Part shown: positions 1-9,800 of the stretch, piece after piece | How positions within the stretch are numbered: the first letter of the stretch is position 1 | Layout: each line of letters starts with the position of its first letter | Assembly (NCBI GenBank): GCA_040388555.1 | Contig: JAZKBP010000027.1 | Span: 20,463-84,462, forward strand | Length of the DNA stretch: 64,000 nt | Origin: Pseudomonadota bacterium | GTDB taxonomy: Bacteria > Pseudomonadota > Gammaproteobacteria > Burkholderiales > Burkholderiaceae_D | Reading direction: 5' to 3' | Program-made: the position numbers and the translations under genes | The notes under the pieces: model-generated | What the model was told of the DNA's origin: nothing | Databases searched by the model: none | The model's input: only the letters and a program-made list of their open reading frames with translations

Positions 1-237
1 CAATGCAGGACCAGGCGCGGCGGGCACGGGCGCAGGTCGGCTCGCCAGGCGCAGCTGTGTCGCCCGCGCCACCGGCGTGGCGATCCACACGATGCGCATG
101 CGCGTGCCATCGGCACTGCGCGCATGCTTGAAGGTGGAATGGGTGATGAAGGCGCTCAGCGCCAACAGGTTGACGGCAAGGGCGAGAGCGAACGCCAGCG
201 CGCGCGGCGTTCGGTTCGGGGGCGACGTGAAGCTCAT
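1..237 (-). CDS. hypothetical membrane-anchored protein, 5' part only (runs off window start)
   Basis: My own minus-strand translation from ATG 237-235 gives MSFTSPPNRTPRALAFALALAVNLLALSAFITH..., one hydrophobic helix followed by a Pro/Ala-rich stretch. The frame is open to position 1. It is absent from the ORF track because no stop lies in the window. Confidence 0.3.
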   Translation of the reverse strand, partial: MSFTSPPNRTPRALAFALALAVNLLALSAFITHSTFKHARSADGTRMRIVWIATPVARATQLRLASRPAPVPAAPGPAL

Positions 238-263
238 CAAGGGCGGGACGCCGCTGTTTTCGC

Positions 264-794
264 TTAGGCCTTTTCGGCCTGGGCCTTCATGGCGGCCAAA
301 CCTTTTTCAAAGTCCTTGCCGATCATCTTGTCCATGCTATAGAACACGCACATCACTTTCGACACGAAAGGCATCGGGCCAGACATCTTCCAGGTGACGG
401 TGGTGCTGTCACCCTTGCCGTCGAGCACGAATTCGTTGACGTCATGGCCTTCGAAGGGGCGGATGAAGTCGAGCTGGATCAGCACCTTCGAAGGCAGCGT
501 CTGATCCGTGATTTCCATGCGTCCAGCGCCCACGTCCTTGTTGCCGTCCCAGCCGTACACGGCGCCTTTGCCGCTGGCCGCGCCGCTGAAGCTGCGCTTC
601 ATGCCTGGGTCGAGATGCTCCCATGGCGACCAACTGGACCAGTTGTGGAAGTCGTTGATCATGGCCACGATTTTTTCCGGCGGTGCCTTGATCGTGATTT
701 GCCTTTGCACGGCGAAGGTATCGGGTTGCAGGACGGCCATGCCTACGATGATGGCGATGATGGCGGTGATGGCGATGACGATTTTCTTGATCAT
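264..794 (-). CDS. SRPBCC (START/polyketide-cyclase-like fold) family protein with N-terminal membrane anchor
   Basis: Lies in ORF 264..854. The likely start is MIKKIVIAITAII at 794, preceded by AGAGGAAAAAA. A hydrophobic anchor is followed by ...INDFHNWSSWSPWE..., typical of SRPBCC proteins. Confidence 0.75.
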   Translation of the reverse strand: MIKKIVIAITAIIAIIVGMAVLQPDTFAVQRQITIKAPPEKIVAMINDFHNWSSWSPWEHLDPGMKRSFSGAASGKGAVYGWDGNKDVGAGRMEITDQTLPSKVLIQLDFIRPFEGHDVNEFVLDGKGDSTTVTWKMSGPMPFVSKVMCVFYSMDKMIGKDFEKGLAAMKAQAEKA

Positions 795-902
795 TTTTTT
801 CCTCTGCTGTTGATCGCATTGGCTGGCCCCATGCCGGCCCCGCAAGACTACCATGATTTATTTAGCGGAGTACCATGGCTTTTCACCTGAAAGGATGGCG
901 CG

Positions 903-1622
903 ATGGATAGCTATGCACTGTATTACTGGCCAAACATCCAAGGCCGCGGCGAATTCGTGCGCCTGGCCCTGGAAGAGGCGGGCGCGCCCTATGTGGATGT
1001 GGCACGCGGCAAGCAGGGCATCGCGCGCCTGTTGGCGGTGCTGGGCCAGGAGGGGCCCGGCCATGCGCCGTTCGCGCCGCCCGTGCTCAAGGCTGGCGAC
1101 ATGTGGATCGCGCAGACGGCCAATATCCTGCTCTACCTCGGCGCCCATCATGGCTTGGCGCCGCGGCGCGAGGGCGGGCGCCTGTGGGCGCATCAGCTGC
1201 AATTGACGGTGGCGGACTGCGTGGGGGAGGTGCACGACACCCACCATCCGGTCTCGAGCGCGCTGTATTACGAAGACCAGAAAAGTGCGGCCAAGCGCGC
1301 CGCCCTGGAGTTCACCACCAAGCGCTTGCCCAAATACTTCGATTATTTCGAGGCGGTGCTGGCCGAGCACGGACGGCGCCGCCCCTTCATGCTGGGCGCG
1401 CGCCTGTCCTACGTGGACCTGTCGATGTTCCAGCTGCTCGAGGGCATGCGCTACGCTTTCCCGAACGCGATGGCGCGCCAGGCGCCGCGCTGGCCAGGCT
1501 TGATCGATTTGCATGAGCGGGTGGCGGCGCGCCCGAACATTGCGCGCTACCTCGCGTCCAAGCGGCGCCTGCCGTTCTGCGAGGAAGGCATTTTCCGCCA
1601 CTACCCGGAACTCGATCCCTGA
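903..1622 (+). CDS. glutathione S-transferase family protein
   Basis: 239-aa ORF with an N-terminal thioredoxin-like segment (YALYYWPNIQGRGEFVRLALEEAG) and a helical C-terminal domain. Length is typical for GSTs. Confidence 0.8.
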   Translation: MDSYALYYWPNIQGRGEFVRLALEEAGAPYVDVARGKQGIARLLAVLGQEGPGHAPFAPPVLKAGDMWIAQTANILLYLGAHHGLAPRREGGRLWAHQLQLTVADCVGEVHDTHHPVSSALYYEDQKSAAKRAALEFTTKRLPKYFDYFEAVLAEHGRRRPFMLGARLSYVDLSMFQLLEGMRYAFPNAMARQAPRWPGLIDLHERVAARPNIARYLASKRRLPFCEEGIFRHYPELDP

Positions 1623-1714
1623 GCCGGCCCTCGCGCTGATTAGAGTCCATCCTCCAAATGTGGCCGCTACCATGGGCGGCGCGCGGGTGTAAATGATAAT
1701 ATCTGGAGGGGACA

Positions 1715-3358
1715 TTGAGTATGACGACGTACGATTACATTATTGTCGGCGGCGGTTCGGCCGGTTGCGTGCTGGCCAAGCGGCTGTCGGAAGATCCGGC
1801 AGCGACCGTTTGCCTGCTCGAAGCGGGGCCGGCCGACAGCAGTCCCTTCATCCGCATGCCGATCGGGATCATCTACATGATGATGAGCCGGGTGCTCAAT
1901 TGGCGCTATTACACCGAGGCGCAGACGCATCTGGACGGGCGCCGCATGTACTGGCCGCGCGGCAAAACGCTGGGCGGCAGCAGCTCGAGCAATGCCATGG
2001 TCTACACGCGCGGCCATGCGCGCGACTACGACCACTGGGCCGAACTGGGCAACCACGGCTGGAGTTACGCCGACATGCTGCCGCTGTTCAAGCGCGCGGA
2101 AAACCATGAGCGCGGCGCCACCGACTTTCACGGCGTGGGCGGACCGCTCAATGTGGCGGACTTGCGCTCGCCCAACCTGCTGACGGGCGTGTACCTGCAG
2201 GCCGGGGTGGAGGCGGGCTACGCCATCAACAACGATTTCAGCGGCGCCAGCCAGGAAGGCGTGGGCCAGTATCAATTGACGCAAAAGAATGGCGAGCGCT
2301 GGAGCATCGCGCGCGCCTACCTGCATCCGGTGCGCGCGCGCGCCAACCTGACGGTGATCACGGGCGCGCGTGCCAACCGCGTGCTGCTCGACGGCAAGCG
2401 CGCCTGCGGCGTTGCGTATCTGAAGGACGGCAAGACCGTGAGCGCGCAGGCGCGGCGCGAAGTGATCCTGTCGGGCGGCGCCATCAATTCGCCGCAGTTG
2501 CTGATGTTGTCGGGCATCGGGCCGAAGGCCCAGCTGCAAGCGCACGGCATCGCCACCGTGCACGACTTGCCGGGCGTGGGCCAGAATCTGCAAGACCACC
2601 TCGACGTGCTGGTGGTGCACAAATGCGTCAAGCCCGTGTCGCTGGGCATTTCGTGGAGCAATTTGCTAGCGCAAGGCAAGCACCTGTTCGACTACCTGCG
2701 CCACCGCACGGGGCCGCTCACGACCAACGCGGCCGAGGGCGGCGGCTTCGTCAAGAGCTCGCCCGAGCAGGCGATTCCGGACCTGCAATTTCACTTCACG
2801 CCGGCGCACCTGGACGACCATGGGCGCAACCTCTCGCGCGCGGCCTACACCATGCTGGGGCACGGCTATTCGCTGCATGTGTGCGACTTGCGGCCCAAAA
2901 GCCGCGGCTATATCGGCTTGAAAAGCGCCGACCCCGCCGACAAGGCCTTGATCGAACCGAATTACCTGTCCCACCCGGACGATATGGAAACGCTGCTGCG
3001 CGGGGTGAAGGCGGCGCGCCGGGTGCTGGCCGCGCGCGCTTTCGACCCTTACCGGGGCGAGGAATTGTTCCCGGGCGCGCAAGTGCAAAGCGACGAGGAG
3101 ATCCGCGCCTTCATCCGGCGCAAGGCCGGCACCATCTACCATCCGGTGGGCACCTGCAAGATGGGGAGCGATGCGATGGCGGTGGTGGATGCCACGCTCA
3201 AGGTGCATGGCATTGAGGCGCTGCGCGTGGTCGACGCTTCCATCATGCCCACTCTCATCGGCGGCAACACCAATGCGCCGACGGTGGCGATCGCGGAAAA
3301 AGCGGCCGACATGATTTTGCAGCAGGCGCTGGCGCCGCAGGAAGCGCTGGCCGCGTAG
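1715..3358 (+). CDS. GMC-family FAD oxidoreductase (choline/alcohol dehydrogenase-like)
   Basis: FAD fingerprint YDYIIVGGGSAGCVLAKRLSED, then GKTLGGSSSSNAM and a C-terminal HPVGTCKMG. The track start is TTG 1715; ATG 1721 is equally possible. GGAGG lies at 1705. Confidence 0.9.
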   Translation: MSMTTYDYIIVGGGSAGCVLAKRLSEDPAATVCLLEAGPADSSPFIRMPIGIIYMMMSRVLNWRYYTEAQTHLDGRRMYWPRGKTLGGSSSSNAMVYTRGHARDYDHWAELGNHGWSYADMLPLFKRAENHERGATDFHGVGGPLNVADLRSPNLLTGVYLQAGVEAGYAINNDFSGASQEGVGQYQLTQKNGERWSIARAYLHPVRARANLTVITGARANRVLLDGKRACGVAYLKDGKTVSAQARREVILSGGAINSPQLLMLSGIGPKAQLQAHGIATVHDLPGVGQNLQDHLDVLVVHKCVKPVSLGISWSNLLAQGKHLFDYLRHRTGPLTTNAAEGGGFVKSSPEQAIPDLQFHFTPAHLDDHGRNLSRAAYTMLGHGYSLHVCDLRPKSRGYIGLKSADPADKALIEPNYLSHPDDMETLLRGVKAARRVLAARAFDPYRGEELFPGAQVQSDEEIRAFIRRKAGTIYHPVGTCKMGSDAMAVVDATLKVHGIEALRVVDASIMPTLIGGNTNAPTVAIAEKAADMILQQALAPQEALAA

Positions 3359-3464
3359 GTGGCGCAAGAACGGAGCGCTCGTCATGAGCGCCCGCCGGCT
3401 CGATACGACGTTGCGACGGGCGATTGCGCGCTATAATCGGCGCACCTCGTAGCGCCGGATCAGC

Positions 3465-4214
3465 ATGCCTATCATCGTCTGCCCCAAATGCGCCTACGCG
3501 CGCCAGCCCGAACGGGATAGCCATATCCATGAAGGGGTGTGCCCGTCCTGCGGCATCGCCTATCAAAAATTCCTCGACGCCCAAGGCGGGGCGGCGCCGC
3601 CAGAGGAAGTGCTCGCCATCGAGGAAGTGCTCGTCATCGAGGAAGTGCTTGGCTGGCGCGAGCGCCTGCTGCAAGTGCCGGCGCAGGTGGCGCCGGCCGA
3701 ATTCTGGGGGCGCGCCATCGTGTGGATGGGCGTGCTGTTGTGGAGCTGGCGCATCGCCGGCTCGGGCATCGATCCCGCATCCGTCGGCGGCTTCATCCAT
3801 AACATCAATCTGCCCTTCCATGAATTCGGCCACGTCCTGTTCCGTCCTTTCGGGCGCTTCATGACCATCCTGGGCGGCAGCCTGTTCGAGATCGTGATGC
3901 CGCTTGGCCTGCTTTGGGTGTTCCTGGTGCGGCAAAAAGACAGCTTCGCCGCCGGCTTGATGCTGTGGTGGAGCGGCGAGAACCTGGTCGACGTATCGGT
4001 GTATATCGCCGACGCCGTGCTGCGCGCCTTGCCGATGGTCGGCGGCGGCGGCGAGGACGGACACGACTGGGGCAATCTGCTGACGATGACGCATCAGCTG
4101 CACCACACCCAAGCCATCGCCCGCACCAGCTTCGCGCTGGGCGTGCTGCTGATGCTGGCGGGTCTGGCCTGGGCGGCGCTGGTGCTGCGGCGCCAGCACC
4201 GGCACCTGGCCTGA
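3465..4214 (+). CDS. membrane protein with N-terminal zinc ribbon and HExxH motif (metalloprotease-like, uncharacterised)
   Basis: CPKC...CPSC ribbon at the N-terminus, HEFGH within a hydrophobic region, and several predicted TM helices. Confidence 0.65.
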   Translation: MPIIVCPKCAYARQPERDSHIHEGVCPSCGIAYQKFLDAQGGAAPPEEVLAIEEVLVIEEVLGWRERLLQVPAQVAPAEFWGRAIVWMGVLLWSWRIAGSGIDPASVGGFIHNINLPFHEFGHVLFRPFGRFMTILGGSLFEIVMPLGLLWVFLVRQKDSFAAGLMLWWSGENLVDVSVYIADAVLRALPMVGGGGEDGHDWGNLLTMTHQLHHTQAIARTSFALGVLLMLAGLAWAALVLRRQHRHLA

Positions 4215-4224
4215 CGCGCGCGCC

Positions 4225-4338
4225 TCACATGCCGTGCAGGCGCTTGATAAAGCCAATCAGGTCGAAGTAACGGGCCGCGCTGACGATGGCGATCAAGCCG
4301 GTGGCGAGGACGGCGCTGACGATCAAAGATTTTTTCAT
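4225..4338 (-). CDS. small hydrophobic protein (37 aa), third gene behind the ABC pair
   Basis: My own translation gives MKKSLIVSAVLATGLIAIVSAARYFDLIGFIKRLHGM. AAGGAA lies 6 nt upstream of the ATG. The ORF starts 12 nt after the permease stop on the same strand. It is too short for the ORF track. Confidence 0.45.
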   Translation of the reverse strand: MKKSLIVSAVLATGLIAIVSAARYFDLIGFIKRLHGM

Positions 4339-4350
4339 GGGTGTTCCTTT

Positions 4351-6762
4351 TCAGAGGTGGGAGAGCGTTTGGTGGATGGACAAGCGCGCCGCGCGCCAAG
4401 CCGGGTAAATTGATGCGGCCATCGCGCCGCCCAGCACCAGGATTGACCACAACAGCACAGCCTTTTGCGATAGTACGAAGGGGAAGGGCAGGCCGAACAG
4501 CAGATTGCCGAGGAAGGCGCCGATGGCCGCCGATAGCGGCAGTGTCAGCGCGATGGCCAGCGGCAGGCTCAAGAACCCGACGAACACGCCCTCGGACAGC
4601 ACATTGCGTAGCACCACGCCGGTGCTCGCGCCGATCGAGCGCATGATGCCAAACTCGCGGCTGCGCTCGGCCACGCTGCTGCCCATGGCCGAGGCCAGGC
4701 CGAAAGCGCCGGCCACGCCCATCACGCCGGAGATGAACAGCAGGGCGGCGATCATCAGGTCGAAGTGGCCGTCCACATCCTTGCGCATCATGGTCTCGGT
4801 GATCGTCATGCGCACCGGCAGGCCCGCGCTGGACATGGCCGTCTCGATCGCGGCGGCCGCCGCGTCCAGCGCACCCGCGTCGTGGGCGCGGGTGATGATG
4901 CGGTAGGCGCTCGATTGGCCGGACTGGCCGGTGAGCGCGCTCAAGGCCGCGTCGTTCACGAACAGAGTCGCCGGCGACATGTACTGGCGCGCGATGCCCA
5001 CCACCCGCAGACGCGCCGTATGGCCGTGGCTGGAGACGTCGATGTCGGCGCCGACCTTCGCGCCCGGGAAAAAGTTGAGCGCCGCCGTGTTGTTCAATAC
5101 GACCGCCAGCGTTTCGTCCGAGCGCAGCCAGCGGCCCTCGAGCAGGGGCAGCGCGAGCATGCGGGTATCGGGCGGCACCGCCAGCACGCCCAGGGTGCCA
5201 TGGTCGCCATCCGGATAGACGCGTTCGATCTCCAGGCCGTCGCTGCGCGCCTTCGCCGCCAGCGTGCGCGGCCAGGCCTCGACCCGCGCCACCGCTGGCA
5301 GCGCCTGCAGGATGTAAGCCACCTGCTCGGGCGAGGCGGGCTTGGCGAGGATGGTTTCGAGGTCGTAGTGGCGCTCTAGCGCCGCTTCCAGCAAGTGCTG
5401 CTGGGCCGCCTTGCGCACGTTCAGGCTGCTGATGGTCATGGCGCCGGCCAGCGACAGCAGCGCCAGCGTGAGCGCCAGGCGGGCGCGCCGGCGCAGGCTG
5501 TTACGCAAGGCCATGAGCAGACTACGGCTGACGAAGGGCAGCGCTTCGAGCCAGCGACCGGAGGCGCTGTAATACTGGCGCGCGCTGCCAAAGTCGCCCA
5601 TGGCCGCTTGCACCGTGGCGCGCGTGGCTTGCCGGATCGGGATGGCGGCCAGCGCCAGCGGCAGCAGGATGCCGGCGCAGGCCAGCGCCAGGTAGACCAG
5701 GTGCGAAATGGCGTCGCTGGCCATGCCGAAGTTCAGGATCTGCATCAGCACCACGGCGGCGAAGGCGCGCCCGGCGGCGATCCCGCCAGCCATGCCGAGC
5801 ACGGTGGCCGCGATGGCGATGGCCGCCACCAGTCCAAGGTAGAGCCGCGCCAGCTGCGCGCCGCTCGCGCCGATCGCCTTCATCACGCCGATCTGGCGCC
5901 GTTGCTGCGCCAGCATCGCGCCCAGCACGGTGGCGCCGAGCACGGCGCTCAGCAGCAGGGCGATGGCGCTGAAGGCCAGCAGCATCAGCAGAATCGAATT
6001 CATGATGCGCGCATGCGGGTGCTCGCCCGGCGGCGGCACGCTGATGCGCTCGGCCCGCGTGCCTTGCTCGCGCAGCCATGTCGCCAGGCGCGCCACGGTG
6101 GCCTCCACCGCCTGCGCGTCGAGCGCGCGCTCGCGCACCGTCACCTTCAAGGTGCGCAGCTTGCCGTTCAAGCCCATCTGCATTACCGTCGCCGGCGAGG
6201 CGTAGGCGTACACGGTCGATCCGCGCGTGGCCGGCGGCAGGGCCGGGTCGTGCACGGTGCCGGCGATGCTCAAAATGTGCAGGCTGCCGTCGGCGCTGCG
6301 CGTGCTCACGCTGTCGCCGATGCTTGCTGCGATCAGCTTAAGCGCGTCGCGCTCGAGCAGCAGCGCGCCGTCCGGCGGCACGCGCGCGCCCGCTTCGGGG
6401 AACACGGTGTTGATGCTCATGGCGCGAAAGTCATCGACCACGAAGATCGTCAGCGCCATGGTCTGGCCGGCGCTGGTGCGCAGCGTGGCGCCGACGGTGG
6501 TGCCGGCCTGGGCTTCGCGGATGCCGGGAAAGCGGCGCACCCGCGCCACCAGCTCCGGCGTGATGGCGTCAAAGCGCAGCATGGCCGAGGGCGGATTGGT
6601 GGCCAGGTAGTTGCGCGGCACTTCGCGCGCCAGGATCGTGTAACTGCTGAGCATGGTGGCGAGCGCGCACACCCCGGCCGCCATCGCCAGCACCATCAAT
6701 GCAATGCGTCCGGGCGTGGCCCCGACGTCGCGCACCATCTTGATCCAGCGCGGGCTAAGCAT
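4351..6762 (-). CDS. ABC transporter permease, FtsX/MacB type with two FtsX modules
   Basis: Lies in ORF 4351..6870. The likely start is [13 protein letters not shown] at 6762, overlapping the upstream ATPase stop by 8 nt. It has two blocks of four TM helices separated by large periplasmic domains. Confidence 0.85.
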   Translation of the reverse strand: MLSPRWIKMVRDVGATPGRIALMVLAMAAGVCALATMLSSYTILAREVPRNYLATNPPSAMLRFDAITPELVARVRRFPGIREAQAGTTVGATLRTSAGQTMALTIFVVDDFRAMSINTVFPEAGARVPPDGALLLERDALKLIAASIGDSVSTRSADGSLHILSIAGTVHDPALPPATRGSTVYAYASPATVMQMGLNGKLRTLKVTVRERALDAQAVEATVARLATWLREQGTRAERISVPPPGEHPHARIMNSILLMLLAFSAIALLLSAVLGATVLGAMLAQQRRQIGVMKAIGASGAQLARLYLGLVAAIAIAATVLGMAGGIAAGRAFAAVVLMQILNFGMASDAISHLVYLALACAGILLPLALAAIPIRQATRATVQAAMGDFGSARQYYSASGRWLEALPFVSRSLLMALRNSLRRRARLALTLALLSLAGAMTISSLNVRKAAQQHLLEAALERHYDLETILAKPASPEQVAYILQALPAVARVEAWPRTLAAKARSDGLEIERVYPDGDHGTLGVLAVPPDTRMLALPLLEGRWLRSDETLAVVLNNTAALNFFPGAKVGADIDVSSHGHTARLRVVGIARQYMSPATLFVNDAALSALTGQSGQSSAYRIITRAHDAGALDAAAAAIETAMSSAGLPVRMTITETMMRKDVDGHFDLMIAALLFISGVMGVAGAFGLASAMGSSVAERSREFGIMRSIGASTGVVLRNVLSEGVFVGFLSLPLAIALTLPLSAAIGAFLGNLLFGLPFPFVLSQKAVLLWSILVLGGAMAASIYPAWRAARLSIHQTLSHL

Positions 6763-7495
6763 GCTGCACCAAGGCGTGGACGTGCGCGTGCGCCGCCGCC
6801 GTGCGCGCGCACAGGGCGCCGTCGGCCAGGGCCACGGTGCGCGTGAAGTAAGGCGCCAGTTCGCGCTCATGCGTCACCATCAACACCGTCTTGCCCTCGG
6901 CGACCAGGCCGGCGAACAGCCGCATGATCTGCTGCGTGGTTTCCGAATCGAGGTTGCCGGTCGGTTCGTCCGCCACCAAGAGCGGTGGGTCGTTGGCCAG
7001 CGCGCGCGCGATGGCGGCGCGTTGCTGCTGGCCGCCCGACAGGGCTGATGGCAGCTTGTCGGCCTGCTCGGCGATGCCAAGGCGCGAGAGCAGGGCCAGC
7101 GCGCGCGCACGGCGCTCGGCGCGTGGCCAGGTGTGGCAAAAGTCCATTGGCAGCATCACGTTTTCCGCCACCGTCAGGGTCGGCAGCAATTGAAAGAACT
7201 GGAACACGATGCCCACGTGCTTGCCGCGCCAGCGCGCCAGCTCCGATTCGCCCATCGCGTGCACCGCCTGGCCGTCGATCCAGGCCTGGCCGGAAGTGAC
7301 GCTGTCGATGCCGGTGATGAGGTTGAGCAGGGTGGACTTGCCGCTGCCGGACTTGCCGACCACGGCGACGAATTCGCCGCCGCGCACCTCCATATCGATG
7401 CTGTCGAGGGCCGTGAAGGGGCCCGATGGGCTGTCGTAACGCTTGCTCAAGGCCTTTAAGACCACCAGCGCGGGGGGCAGGTTTTGTACGTGCAT
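6755..7495 (-). CDS. ABC transporter ATP-binding protein (MacB/LolD-like)
   Basis: Walker [10 protein letters not shown], signature LSGGQQQR, Walker B LLVADEPT. The start was chosen at MHVQNL; upstream Met codons are possible. Confidence 0.9.
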   Translation of the reverse strand: MHVQNLPPALVVLKALSKRYDSPSGPFTALDSIDMEVRGGEFVAVVGKSGSGKSTLLNLITGIDSVTSGQAWIDGQAVHAMGESELARWRGKHVGIVFQFFQLLPTLTVAENVMLPMDFCHTWPRAERRARALALLSRLGIAEQADKLPSALSGGQQQRAAIARALANDPPLLVADEPTGNLDSETTQQIMRLFAGLVAEGKTVLMVTHERELAPYFTRTVALADGALCARTAAAHAHVHALVQHA

Positions 7496-7671
7496 GCTGT
7501 GCTTTCTGGATGTGGGCGACATTGCCATGTCCATCATTAGAGCCGTGCCGCGTTGCTTGGGTGTGTCGGCGGCGGGCAGATTGTTGGCGCGCGCGTTTCG
7601 CGCGGGTGCGGGAAACAAAGCAGAAACAAAAACCGGGTGAAGACGGGCCCGAAATAGGCTATAAAGCCGGT

Positions 7672-8412
7672 ATGGAAAAAACCGAGAAGTTAGATCACAT
7701 CCTGGTCGTCGATGACGACGAGGACATCCGCGACCTGGTGCGCCAGTATCTGGAAAAAAATGGCTTCAAGGTCAGCACCGCTGCCAACGGGCGCCAAATG
7801 CGCGAAGTGCTGGGGGCGCGCGGCGTCGACATGGTGGTGCTCGACCTGATGATGCCGGGCGAGGACGGCTTGGCGCTATGCCGCGGCCTGCGCGCCGTCG
7901 AGGCCGACGCCGTGCCGATCCTGATGCTGACGGCGAAAAACGAGGAGGCCGACCGCATCCTGGGACTGGAAATGGGCGCCGACGATTACCTGACCAAGCC
8001 CTTCGCCACGCGCGAGCTGCTGGCGCGCATCCGCGCCATCTTGCGCCGTGCGCGCATGATTCCGGCGCATTTGCAGGTGAGCGAATCGCACCATGTGCTC
8101 GCCTTTGGTCCCTGGAAGCTCGACACCCACGCGCGCCACCTGCTCGACGCGGGCGGCGCGATGGTGTTCCTGAGCGGGGCCGAGTACCGTTTGCTGCAGG
8201 TGTTCCTGGAGCACCCGAACCGCGTGCTCACGCGCGACCAGCTGCTGGGATTGACGCAGGGACGCGAGGCCGATGTGTTCGACCGTTCGATCGATATCCT
8301 GGTGAGCCGCCTGCGCAAGCGCCTGCGCGATGACGCCAGCGAGGCGCAGTACATCAAGACGGTGCGCAGCGGCGGCTATATATTCTCGGCCAGCGTGCAG
8401 GTGCGCGCGTGA
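7672..8412 (+). CDS. OmpR/PhoB-family response regulator
   Basis: Receiver domain ([14 protein letters not shown]...DLMMPGEDG) plus a winged-helix C-terminus (...[12 protein letters not shown]). The true start MEKTEK lies inside the longer track ORF 7426..8412. Confidence 0.9.
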   Translation: MEKTEKLDHILVVDDDEDIRDLVRQYLEKNGFKVSTAANGRQMREVLGARGVDMVVLDLMMPGEDGLALCRGLRAVEADAVPILMLTAKNEEADRILGLEMGADDYLTKPFATRELLARIRAILRRARMIPAHLQVSESHHVLAFGPWKLDTHARHLLDAGGAMVFLSGAEYRLLQVFLEHPNRVLTRDQLLGLTQGREADVFDRSIDILVSRLRKRLRDDASEAQYIKTVRSGGYIFSASVQVRA

Positions 8413-9707
8413 ACCCGATGCGCTGGCGCGGCAGCTTGTTCCTGCGCCTGATGCTGGCCTGGTGCTGCGCGCTGCTGGTGGGGCACTTGATCAACGCCGG
8501 CGTCTCCTACCTGCATGTGCTCGATTACCAGGTCACGCGCACCAGCTATTACCTGGCCAAGGACTTGGCGGTGCTGGTGCCGATGGTGGAGGCGGCGGCG
8601 CCGCCCGAGCGCGCCGCCTGGCTTGGCCGAATGGAGCGCAGCGCCTACAGCTTCACGCTGGACCAGGGCGCGCCGGCGCTGGCACCGCGCACGGCCGACG
8701 CGTCGCGCTACCTGAAGGCGCTTGGCGACGAGCTTGGGCCGAAGCATCCGGTCACGCTGGTGCGCTCCGAGAGTGGCGACTATCTGCGCTTGCAAGTGGC
8801 GCTGGCCGATGGCGCGCGGCTGACGGCGCGCGTGCGCGACTTGCCGCCGCAGGTGTCGATGGCTGGCGGTTTTGTCTTTCTGGCGCAGATGCTGGCCGTG
8901 ATCGGCATCAGCTGGTTCGCCGTGCGCCAGGCCACGCGCCCCTTGCAGCGCCTGGCCGAGCAGGCCGAGGTGCTGGGCGTGTCGATGCAATGCGAGCCGA
9001 TCGCCGAGGACGGGCCGGCCGAGGTGGCACGCGCGGCGGCGGCGTTCAATGCGATGGGGCGGCGCATCAAGGAGCATCTGGCCGAGCGGGTGCGCATCCT
9101 GGCGGCCATCTCGCATGATTTGCAAACGCCGATCACGCGCATGCGCTTGCGCGCCGAGCTGATGGACGACGCGCAGTTGCGGGCCAAGTTCGAGAGCGAC
9201 TTGGGGGCGATGCAGGCGCTGGTGGAGGAGGGGATCGCGTATGCGCGCAGTGTCGACCGTACGGCCGAGGCGGCGTGCGCGGTCGACGTGAGCGCCCTGT
9301 TCGATAGCGTGGTGGGTGATTACGCCGATGGTGGCTACCAGGTGGACCTCGTATGCCCGCCGGAGCTGGTGTTGCACACGCGCCCGCATACGCTGCGCCG
9401 GGTGGTGGTCAACCTGGCCGACAACGCGCTCAAGTTCGCGCAGGAGGTGCAGATCGAGGTGAGCCGGCCGGCGCCGGATCGCGTGGCCGTTTGCGTGCGC
9501 GACCGCGGGCCGGGGATCGATCCGGCCCAGCTGGAAGCGGTGTGCCAGCCGTTTTATCGGATCGATTCGTCGCGCAATCGCAGTACCGGCGGCACTGGGC
9601 TGGGCTTGGCGATCGCGCAGCAGTTGAGCCTGGCGTTGGGCGGTACGCTGATGCTGGCCAATCGGGAGGGCGGCGGACTCGAAGCGCGCGTCGAATTTGC
9701 CTGCTGA
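8409..9707 (+). CDS. sensor histidine kinase (EnvZ-like architecture)
   Basis: Two TM segments, H-box AAISHDLQTPITRM, N/G boxes DNALKFA, DRGPGI and GGTGLGLAI. A GTGA overlap links it to the regulator gene. Confidence 0.9.
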   Translation: MNPMRWRGSLFLRLMLAWCCALLVGHLINAGVSYLHVLDYQVTRTSYYLAKDLAVLVPMVEAAAPPERAAWLGRMERSAYSFTLDQGAPALAPRTADASRYLKALGDELGPKHPVTLVRSESGDYLRLQVALADGARLTARVRDLPPQVSMAGGFVFLAQMLAVIGISWFAVRQATRPLQRLAEQAEVLGVSMQCEPIAEDGPAEVARAAAAFNAMGRRIKEHLAERVRILAAISHDLQTPITRMRLRAELMDDAQLRAKFESDLGAMQALVEEGIAYARSVDRTAEAACAVDVSALFDSVVGDYADGGYQVDLVCPPELVLHTRPHTLRRVVVNLADNALKFAQEVQIEVSRPAPDRVAVCVRDRGPGIDPAQLEAVCQPFYRIDSSRNRSTGGTGLGLAIAQQLSLALGGTLMLANREGGGLEARVEFAC

Positions 9708-9710
9708 AGG

Positions 9711-9790
9711 CCAAAAGGGGACAGACCCCTGTTTTAAGGAAAAAGGGCAATCGCCCTTTTTCCTTAAAACAGGGGTCTGTCCCCTTTTGG
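9711..9790. repeat. REP-like 80-bp near-perfect palindrome between convergent genes (probable bidirectional terminator)
   Basis: Sequence CCAAAAGGGGACAGACCCCTGTTTTAAGGAAAAAGGGC-aatc-GCCCTTTTTCCTTAAAACAGGGGTCTGTCCCCTTTTGG. It holds two inverted copies of the core AGGGGACAGACCCCTGTTTT, which recurs at 23.46-23.56 kb. Confidence 0.85.
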
Positions 9791-9800
9791 TTCTTTTGGT

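Noticed and set aside
4351-7495. MacB-type ABC ATPase/permease pair as the exporter of the double-glycine peptide
   Set aside because: It has no C39 peptidase domain and a FtsX-type rather than a bacteriocin-ABC architecture. It has native high G+C and lies 9 kb away in an unrelated operon.
9711-9790. Repeated GGGGACAGACCCCTGTTTT units considered as a possible CRISPR array (also at 23456..23567)
   Set aside because: There are only 2-3 copies per locus, arranged as inverted rather than direct repeats. There are no regular spacers and no cas genes. The pattern fits REP/terminator palindromes.
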